Made by a program: the position numbers and the translations under genes
Shown here: in pieces, positions 24,801 through 34,315 of the stretch
How positions within the stretch are numbered: position 1 is the stretch's first letter
Layout of the letters: every line of letters begins with the position of its first letter
NCBI RefSeq assembly: GCF_044704955.1
Contig: NC_091986.1
Coordinates: 166,408,001 to 166,472,000, forward strand
DNA: 64,000 bases
Source of the DNA: Pristiophorus japonicus
Lineage: Eukaryota
Direction of reading: 5' to 3'
Notes under the pieces: generated by a model
What the model saw: only the letters and a program-made list of their open reading frames with translations
Database searches by the model: none
Told to the model about the DNA's origin: nothing

Positions 24801-25816
24801 AGTGACAACGGGCCATGTTTCACCAGTGCCGAATTTAAAGAATTCATGACCTGCAATGGGATCAAACATGTCACCTCGGCCCCGTTTAAACCAGCCTCCA
24901 ATGGGCAGGCAGAGCGGGCAGTACAAACCATCAAACAGAGCCTTAAACGAGTCACAGAAGGCTCACTCCAAACCCGCCTATCCCGAGTACTGCTCAGCTA
25001 CCGCACAATACCCCACTCGCTCACAGGGGTGCCCCCGGCTGAGCTACTCATGAAAAGGACACTTAAAACCAGACTCTCGCTGGTTCACCCCAACCTGTAT
25101 GATCAGGTAGAGAGCAGGCGGCAGCAACAAAATGTAAATGATGGTCGCGCCACTGTGTCACGGGAAATTGATCTGAATGATCCTGTGTATGTGCTAAACT
25201 ATGGACATGGTCCCAAGTGGATCGCGGGCACGGTGATAGCTAAAGAAGGGAATAAGGTGTTTGTAGTCAAACTAGACAATGGAAAAATTTGCAGAAAGCG
25301 CCTGAACCAAACGAGGCTGCGGTTTAGACTGCCCTGAACAACCCACAGCAGACACCACCTTTTTCGAGCCCACACCACACACCCAAAGAATCAACGACAC
25401 CACGTCGGACCAGGAAATCAAACCCATCCCGCCCAACAGCCCAGCAAGGCCAGGCTCACCTAGCAGCCCTGCAGGGCCAACAACATGCCAGTCCAGTGAG
25501 GGCACAGCCAACAGACCAGAACCGACATTTGTACCGAGGCGGTCCACTAGGGAAAGAAAGGCTCTCAAATGCCTCACCTTGTAAATAGTTTTCACTTTGA
25601 CTTTGCAAGGGGAGTGCTGTTGTGTATCATTCCCATGTTCCGCCACCAGGGAGCTCATCCCCTGAAGTCCCAAGGGATCCCAGCATCCCTTGGGAGCACT
25701 GTATATAAGTCGGCCCCTAAGGCCTGTTCCTCACTCTGGAGTGTCTTATTAAAGACTGCGGTCACTGTTACTTTAACCTCCCTGTGTGCAGCCTCATCTG
25801 TGTTAGGAACACAATA
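21843..25816 (+). mobile_element. Gypsy LTR retrotransposon (gag-PR-RT-RH-IN), degenerate
   Basis: TSD CCGTC; 5' LTR truncated near 21924 and joined to mid-gag; 3' LTR 25618-25816 after a PPT; LDTGA, RICGDYK, FLDD, CDAS/IEKEALA/TDHKPL, integrase HHCC + HVDYAG/SDNG/NGQAERAV. Confidence 0.93.
24390..25337 (+). CDS. Gypsy integrase domain (open 315-aa stretch of broken pol)
   Basis: HPGIVMMKAIARSHVWWPG, IHVDYAG, ISDNGPCF, SNGQAERAV. Confidence 0.88.
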   Translation: MWGNHVVLPKKGRETFISDLHSTHPGIVMMKAIARSHVWWPGIDSDLESCVRQCSICAQLSNAPREAPLSLWSWPSRPWSRIHVDYAGLFLGKMFLVVVDAFSKWIEREIMSGSTATATIESLGAMFATHGLPDILISDNGPCFTSAEFKEFMTCNGIKHVTSAPFKPASNGQAERAVQTIKQSLKRVTEGSLQTRLSRVLLSYRTIPHSLTGVPPAELLMKRTLKTRLSLVHPNLYDQVESRRQQQNVNDGRATVSREIDLNDPVYVLNYGHGPKWIAGTVIAKEGNKVFVVKLDNGKICRKRLNQTRLRFRLP

Positions 25817-27959
25817 CCGTCGACCTGACTACTATGGCACATGGGGGTTCCATGCCATGTTCCGATCCTGTCGATTGCTGCATGGCAACTCTTGACCTAT
25901 GCCGACGCTGGCCTGTGACAGACGCACCATGTCCTGGTACAGCAATCGACCTTTCCTCCACCAACCTCCGTCACTGCGGCAAAGGCGCTGCAACACTAGG
26001 GGTGCCTTGCTGCGCATGGCTTGGTCCGGCAGATTCAGAGGACCCATGGGGGAATCCCATGAATATAGACTCGGTGGTGGTGGAGGATGTTCCAGCTGTC
26101 CCACATGGAGCTGGTGCTTCCTCCTCCGTCTCCAACACTAGCTCCACCTCCACTGGCTGCTGGAGAGGGCTGGGTGACGCCAGAGGTGGAGGCAGTGGAT
26201 CTGTCGTCGGTGTCACTGTGGTCTGAATCATTGGCGTCTGGAAGTACAAAATATTTCAAAAAGCTTGGCAGCAGGGAAGGGGTGAGGGTTACATGAGCAC
26301 ATAGTACAGTGACTTATCGCAGTTTTACTTAAATATCCACCACTGCTGCAGTACTGCATTACATATCGCATACAGAATACATATATGAATTGCGTTACAT
26401 GCCCCCAACATTCCAGTACATCACATGAGGCTAACATTACAGTGCAATAAACTTACATTACATTACATCAGGCCAACATTACAGTGACATGATAGGACCG
26501 CAACACAGACTGCATTTTATTTAACTTACCATCTTGTGTGAGTGGGTGAGCTTCAATGCCACTGGTGACACGGTTGCTATCCCCAACCAGGGACAGGGCA
26601 CGGATCTTGGTATCTGTAAGTGGCTCCTGGATTGTGGGGCTGCCCCCCGGTGTGACGCTGAGAGCTGCTATTGCAGATGTCTTCCTCTGCAGAACGGGAA
26701 GTAAATTAAAAATATAAATAAATCTTCAATCCATTTAACATGGCACAGACAGACACACATACACACACACAAAGCACTGCGTTGATCCTCGTCTTTGCCT
26801 GAAAAGCATGAATACATCGCCGTAACCTTAAGATAAATATCACCCACTAAACCTACATTTACATGGTATATAACGCATGGCGGGGAGGGCGGGGCATAAA
26901 TAAAATCATTACTTACTCTTGCAACCCTCACCAGGTCGTTCCACCTCTTACGGCACCTTTCCCCAGTGTGTACCATCGTACTTTTCGTGGACACAGCCTC
27001 CCCGATCTCATCCCAAATTCGGTTGTACTCCTTTGGGAGGGGCTTTCCACTACCACCCTTGGTGAGGTCAGAGTACCTCTCTGTGATGTGCTCCAGAAGG
27101 GCAGGTAACTCCGTTTCATCGAAGGCGAGCGCCCTCAACCTCCCCTCCTTCTCGATATTCCTGTGCTTGGCGGTTTTCTTTAACATTTGCATCATTTTTT
27201 TCTGGATATTAATTTTCCCTTCTTAAATATCTGTTCTTGTGTTGAAATTGAATAATTATTAGTTGCTACCAATTTTTTACCAATGTGTTATTTATTTTTA
27301 AACTCACTGGCCTTCGACTACCTTGCTGTTCCTTCTCACTCTCTCTCTCTCTCCTCAACTCACTGCACATGCATGGGTGACCCCTGACCCCCGAAATCAT
27401 GGGTAAAACATTTGTGAAAAAAAATCGGGGAAAAAAAATTTGCACATGCGCAGTTCCGTGCCACACCGCCCATCAAACAAAGAGTTGATCTTGGTCGACT
27501 ACTAAGATGCATACCATCCGATGCAGACCACTGACACACCGCCGAAAATGTTTTCACCAATTTAACCTTCTTCAGTCTCGGCAGTATGAAACGACATATT
27601 ACCGAGAAATGGGCGGATCATCGGTATCAACCAATTTCGGCCCCTCTGTATTTTCAGCAGGAGAAAATGTTCCAGACTTGGGGGCCCCTTTCCTGCAAAG
27701 TCACATATAATGAGACTAGCTACATCAGACCTCCCAGCTTCTTTCTTCGGACACTGAGAGGATTTGAAAGTTTATTTTACATCAGGAAGTGTTATCTTTG
27801 CAATTCTTCCTCCTCTCACATAGAGTTGGCAATCGGTTCTGTATCCCCTAAGGATTGGTCTTGCTATGCTTTTTGGGAAATGACTGTTATCTTTTTTCTT
27901 CCCAGTGAACCTCAGAAAGCCTAATGTTATTTGTCACCCCATTATAGGAAGGAAATGAA

Positions 27960-28719
27960 TGGCCCGTATTTTGCAGACAGTGGTGATGGGACTGCGCTCG
28001 CCGCTGACCTTGATTAAAGCCGCCCACAAGGATTTAGCGTGCTCTAGAGCGTAGATTTCCTCTATTCCGACTTCACTTTGAACTTGGTGCCATTTATAGG
28101 GGATCTGTTGTAGTCCAGCAACAGGACAGACAGCAAGCAGGCTGATCAGCCAATCAGATTGAAGAATTCTCACAGGGACTTAAAAAAGTTGAAATATAAT
28201 TCATATTTTAATCATTGTACAGAAAGCACAATAAAGATTGGTATTAACATGGGATTAAGGTTGAAGCTGCAATATCACAAACAAACTAAGCAACAAAAAA
28301 AAAATAATTTTTATTATTTTAAAAATCATGGAACTTTTAAATGTTCTTCTGAGCGAATGAGACGCCACACCTGTAACATTAGTTTTTCAGGACCAGAGAG
28401 GTTGTTCAGCAGTAATTATGACTTAGTTTGCCATTAAACACTCATTATTGAACAAGGCTTAACATTTTCATTGTTTTTTACAGCGAGAATAGTGTGTAAA
28501 AAGTTGAAGTTCAATTCAAATAATTGATTCTGTGTTGATTACATCTGCGAAGACTGAAAAACCGCATGTTGCGGAGGAGCAGGGTATCACTGACAGCAAC
28601 TTCTGGATTTCCGGGTTTAACTGCGCATGTGCGGACGTCAGAAGTTGCTGTCAGTTTTACACAGTAATAACGGCGACGCAGGCAGTTTCACCATCAATAC
28701 AACCGCAAATTCCAGGTCA
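27960..28719. mobile_element. Degenerate MITE, possibly Harbinger-type
   Basis: Imperfect inverted ends GGCCCGTATTTTGCAG / CCGCAAATTCCAGGTC; no ORF. Confidence 0.45.
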
Positions 28720-29029
28720 TTATCTTTGACGATACAAAGCCAGGCAAATAAAGGTGGTTCCGGCTATCAGGAATTTAAGTTTATAAGGAAGAGGAGGTTC
28801 TGCATTTTTGGAAAAGAAGAAGCTACCAGGTAATTTAACTGAAACTTTCAAGAATATGAAGAGAATTCGCAAACCTAATACGGAAACATTGTTCAGTGTA
28901 ATGAAAGGTTCAAAAACCATACAAATTGAAATTATACAATTTAAAAGAAGTTAGGAATAAAAATGGTGAAACTTTTTTCATCCAAAATTGAGTTGTGGAG
29001 TAAGTTATGAGGACATGGAACAAGTGGAG

Positions 29030-30536
29030 TAAGTGCACTGAACTTAGCAAAGGCTACAGACACCAACAACATCCTGGTTTTATGATGAAGACATGTGCTC
29101 CAGAACTAGCCATGGCCGAAGCTAAGCTTTTCTAGTACAGCTACAACATTGGCATATACCTGATAATGTGGAAAGTTGGCGAGGTATGCTCTTTCCACAA
29201 AAAGGACAAATCCAACCTTGCCAATTACCACCCTCTCAGCCTACTCCCAATCATCAGCTAAATGATGGAAGGAGTCATCAACAGTGCTATCAAGCAGCAC
29301 TTGCTCATCAATAACCTGCTCAACAATACTCAGTTTAGGTTTTATCAGCACGACTCAGCTCCAGACCTCATTACAGTCATCGTTGAAACATGGACACTAG
29401 AGCTGAATTCCAAAGTGACTTCCCTTGACATCAAGGCAGCATTAAACCTAGTGTGGTACCAAGGAACCCTAGTAAGACTAAAGTCAATGAGGATCAGGGG
29501 AAAATACTCTCTAGTGGCTGGAATTATACTTGGCATAAAGGAAGATGGTTCTAGTTGTTGGAGGCCAATCATCTCAGTCCCAAGACATCACTGCAGGAGT
29601 TCTTTACAACATCCTAGGCCCAACTATCTGTAGCTGCTTCATCAATAAAGTCAGAAGTGTGGCTGTTCACTGATGATTTCAGTGTTCAGCTCCATTCACA
29701 ATTCCTCAGATAATGAAGCAGTCTATGTCCGCATGCAGAAAAGCCTGAACAAAATCCATGCTTGGCTGATGTGCCAAGTAACTTTTGTGCCAATAAGTGC
29801 CAGGCAATGACCATCTCCAACAAGAGAGAGCCCAACCACCACCCCTTGACATTCAACACTATTATCATTGGCAAGTTCCCCACCATCAACATTCTGAGAG
29901 GGGGGGTAGGGGTCACCATTGATTAGAAATTCAACTGGACCAGTCACATAAATACTGTGGATACTAGACCAGGTCAAATGCTGGATATTCTGTGGCAAGT
30001 GGCTCACGTCCTGACTCCCCAATGTCTCTCAATCACCTACAAGGCACAAGTCAGGAGTGTGATGGCATACTTTCCTGGATGGATGCAGCTATGACATCAT
30101 TCAAGAATCTCAACACCATCCACGATGAAGCAGTCCACTTGATTGCACATCATCCACTAGCCTAGACATCCATCCCATCTACAAATGACAGACTGTGGCT
30201 GCAGTGTGTACTATCTATAGGATGCAGTGTAGAAACTCATCAATGCTTCTTTGGCAGAACCTGCCAAACCCGCATCCTTCACCAATTAGAAGGCTAATGG
30301 TGTATGGAAACACCATCAGCTCCAAATCACACACCATCCTGATTTATATGTATATTGCTGTCCCTTCATCGTCGCTGGGTCAAAATCCTGGAACTCCCTA
30401 CTTGACAGCATTGTGGTAGCAACTTCACCACATAGACCACAGAGGTTCAGGAAGAAGGCCCACCATCACCTTCTCAGGAAAACTAGGGATAGGCAATAAA
30501 TGCCAGCCTTGCCAGCAATGCCCACATCCCACGAAT
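29030..30536 (+). mobile_element. Old CR1/L2-group LINE RT fragment to 3' end
   Basis: Degenerate CAPELA...NYHPLSLL...MEGVINSAIKQHLL...QF.F...LDIKAA; AATAAA-containing 3' end. Confidence 0.75.
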
Positions 30537-30842
30537 TAGCTAGCCTCCCTGATGGTACCCAGCCCTCAGTCCTAAGCATTTATTCACCTGTTTTTGGCTT
30601 CTGGACTCCCTGTTTTCCCGCAGGTTTCTAGTCCTAGCCTAAAAAAATTTTGTTCAGTAATGTTTCCACCGCCTGTTTTTGCCTTTGGCTGCGTGATCTC
30701 CCTGTCTCACTATAAGTTCAAGGTCCTTCTTCAGCCACATTGCTCCACCCTGCGTGTTTATGGTCCTTCCATGGCTGCATCTTTGGCCTCCCCTTTTTTT
30801 CTCCAGCTACTTAGCCCTCTGCACAGGTACAGTTTGGATCTC

Positions 30843-30892
30843 CTGATGAGACCAGGTGACTGAAATGTTCTTCAGTCACCTGGTCTCATCAG
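30843..30892. repeat. Perfect 22-bp inverted repeat with 6-nt loop, followed by T6
   Basis: CTGATGAGACCAGGTGACTGAA-ATGTTC-TTCAGTCACCTGGTCTCATCAG-TTTTTT. Confidence 0.95.
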
Positions 30893-31225
30893 TTTTTTCT
30901 TCGGCTGCTTGACCTTCCTGCTAGTTCCTGGTTCCACAGCTTGGAAGGAATTGATACTTGTGCCGCTGCTATTTCTAGCGCTTGGTCTTGCACCATCCAT
31001 CCACTTTCCCTCTTCACGCTGGCTCTCGGAAAGAACCAGCACTTCTGCAGCCACTATATACATTTTCGGGCTTCATTATGTTCTGGCAAGAGGGATCAGA
31101 GCAAGGCTGATTAAGAAGGCATAGGAGAAACAATAGAGGTGACAACAGGACGGGGACAGGTAGTAGGTGTGATGGAATGAGGACATAGGAGTCATGGTTA
31201 GAGGCAAGGCTGGAGGATGAGGAAG

Positions 31226-32314
31226 CATCATCATCATCATAAGCAGTCCCTTGAAATCGAGGAAGACTTGCTTCCACAGTAAAAATGACTGAACAGTCCA
31301 ATATGGGAATCACAGTCTCTGTCACAGGTGGGACAGACAGTGGTTGAAGGAAAGGGTAGGTAGGGAATCTGGTTTGCCGCACGCTCCTTCAGCTGCCTGC
31401 ACTTGTTTTCTGCATGCTCTCGGCGACGAGACTCGAGATGCTCAGCGTCCTCCCTGGATGCTCTTCCTGCACTTAGGATGGTCTTGGACCAGGAACTCCC
31501 AGGTGTCGGTGGGGATGTTGCACTTTATCAAGGAGGCTTTGAGGTTGTCCTTGAAACGTTTCCTCTGCCCACCTGGGGATTGCTTGCTATGTAGGAGTTC
31601 CGAATAGAGCGCATGCTTTGGGAGTCTCATGTCGGACATGTGGACGATGTGGCCCGCCCAACAGAGCTGGTCGTGTGTGGTCAGTGCTTCGAAGCTGGGG
31701 ATGTTGACCTGATCGAGAACATTGATGGTGCGTCTATCCTCCCAGTGGATTTGCAGGATCTTGCGGAGGCAGCGTTGGTGGTATTTCTCCAGCGCTTTGA
31801 GGGGTCTACTGTATATGGTCCACGTCTCTGAGCCATATAGGAGGGCAGATATCACTACAGCCCTGTAAACCATAAGCTTGGTGCCAGATTTGAGGTCCTG
31901 GTCTTCGAACACTCTGTCCCTCAGGCGACCGAAGGCTGCGCTGGCACACTGGAGGAGGTGTTCAACCTCGCCGTCAATGTCTGCCCTTGCTGATAGTAGG
32001 CTCCCGAGGTATGGAAAATGGTCCACGTTGTCCAAGAATGCGCCGTGGATTTTGATGACTTGGGGGCGGGGGGGGGGAGGGGCAGTGCTGTGTGGCAGGG
32101 TCAGGTTGGTGGAGGACCTTTGTCTTATGGATGTTTAGTGTAAGGCCCATGCTTTCGTCTGCCTTGGAGAAGATGTTGACGATGGCTTGGAGTTCAGCCT
32201 CTGAATGTGCGCAGACACAAACGTAGTCCGCGTACTGTAGTTCGATGACAGAGGATGGGACGACCTTGGATCTAGCCTGGAAGCGATGAAGGTTGAACAG
32301 GTTCCCATTGGTTC
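31226..32314 (-). mobile_element. RTE LINE 3' portion
   Basis: LQYAD, FPYLGS, LYGSETW, GGQRKRFKDNLKASL; (TGA)n tail; cut by the LTR at 32315. Confidence 0.9.
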
Positions 32315-34315
32315 TGTTGTGTATGCATGCCTGTTTACTGTGTGATGTCTGTAACACTGTTATGCAACACTGAATGTACCCTTACACTGTACACACCTTG
32401 CCTGTACACCACAGGGTGCTGCTGCTGGAGACCTAAGGGTTACCTGCACACTGCAGGTAACCCAGTATAAAAAGGAATACACAGCTTGTTGTCCTCACTC
32501 AGGAGCTGCAAATAAAGGACTACAGGTCCACACAGTTTAAGTATCATACCTTGCCTCGTGGAGTCATTACTAAAGGTGCCTACATACGCTACAATTGGCG
32601 ACGGGAATACGAGGTCATGAACTACACGCTCAACATGTCTAACCTCAGCAACTTTCAACAATTTACAGAGGGGAAAGATTGGGATGCTTTTGTGGAAAGA
32701 TTGGAACACTTTTTTTATAGCCAACGACCTGGACAGGGACACACCGGCTACACTACCGAACAAACGCAGGGCCATCCTGCTTAGCAGTTGTGGGCCCACC
32801 ATCTACGGTCTCATCAGGGACTTACTAGCCCCGGAGAAGACAACCATCAAGAGCTATGAGCAACTTGTAACAATCATACAGGAACAACTGAAATCGAAAG
32901 AAAGCGTCCTCACAGCCAGGCACCGGTTCTACACTTACCGGCGACCTGAGGGCCAAGAAATTGCCAAGTATGCTGCACACTTAAGAAGACTAGCTGCACC
33001 GTGTGATTTTGGCGACCACCTTAATGAAGCACTAAGGGACATATTTGTCATCGGAATCGGCCACGAAGGCCTCCTACACAAATTGCTCTCGGCTGACATC
33101 ATGGTCACCCTACAGAAAGCAAATCAAGTGAGCCAGGCCTACATGGTTTCGGCCAGCAACTCCAGGCGAATACTGACCCAGGACTCTAAACCGGCGAGCG
33201 CAGTGCACCGCATGGATACGTCTAAAGGCAGAAATGCTGCCCTGAGTCCCGCAACCCTGAGTCCGCCACAAGGGGCAAACCGGATGGCCCCGTGCTGGCA
33301 CTGTGGAGAAAACCACAGGGCCCACCAGTGCCGCTACAAAGACTATACATACAAAGGCTGCGAAGAGAAAGGGCACCTTCACAGAATGTGCAGAGAAAGC
33401 TTTACTCACCGCTGATCACCGGGGCTCTGACACAGATGAAGGTGAAGTTGCTCAACCCCTGGAAGAAGAGTATGGAACTCATATCTGCTCCACCAAAAGT
33501 TCTCCATGGGCGATGAAAGCAGACGTCGACGGGGTCCCAGTTTCTATGGAGAGCGACACAGGGGCGAGCCAATCTGTGATGAGCCAAGCGACCTTTGAAG
33601 AACTTTGGATGAATCCTGCCAATCGACCACAACGGCAGCCTGTCCAAGCGAAGCTGCTCCCAGGCCTCCGGGCTCCAGCAATCAACCTCGAACATGGATC
33701 CACCACAGCATCCGGAGGTTCCACAGTCCAGCTCGACTGGCCACAGCATCCTGGCGAAATCCCTAAGACCGAGGATCCAAACTCCACTTTCCGGGCCGGG
33801 GCAGCACTCCAAGAGGTGAACATCGATGAACGAAATGGATTCCCAACATCCAGGATCGAACCACAGCCTACCTGCAGCAAGACCAGAAAATGGCTGCAGC
33901 ACCACAAGCAGCAGAACTTGTAATCAAAATGGCCGCCACCATGCCAACAGTAAGCATGGAGGAGCATCACATGACACCGAGCGGCCAATCGGATTTGAAG
34001 GCTCCCTTAAAGGAGACCGGTAACCAAAGAAATTTAAAGGAGAAGTTTCAACTATTTGAGTACACGGACTTTAAAGCTAAAGATGCGATTAAAGGGTGCA
34101 AGTATGAAAATGTATGCAATGTAACAATGAATTGTGATGCTGGTTTAACTAATGTGACTAATGATATGAATGCAGGTGTCAGTAAGGTTAAGAACAAGTT
34201 TATTATGCTTAACAGTAATGATAGAGATTGTGAAATGCCTAATGTAACCATGTCAGTTGAAACCAGGACACCTAGTAGTGATGCAAATGCTAGAATGTAT
34301 AATGCAGGCTTGACT

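Larger units (their letters stand above)
21536..27195 (-). pseudogene. Harbinger Myb/SANT-like DNA-binding gene; exons 27195-26917, 26686-26530, 26237-21536 (last split by the Gypsy insertion)
   Basis: FDETEL..LL...WDEIGEAVS...RCRKRWNDL; GTAAGT donors and CAG acceptors; acidic/Ser-rich last exon ending RGRGRDRGRGWGK. Confidence 0.8.
15738..27644 (+). mobile_element. Complete PIF/Harbinger transposon carrying nested insertions
   Basis: TIRs GGGGCCGAAATTGGT / ACCAATTTCGGCCCC; 3-bp flanks match with one mismatch; nuclease on +, spliced Myb/SANT gene on -. Confidence 0.9.
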
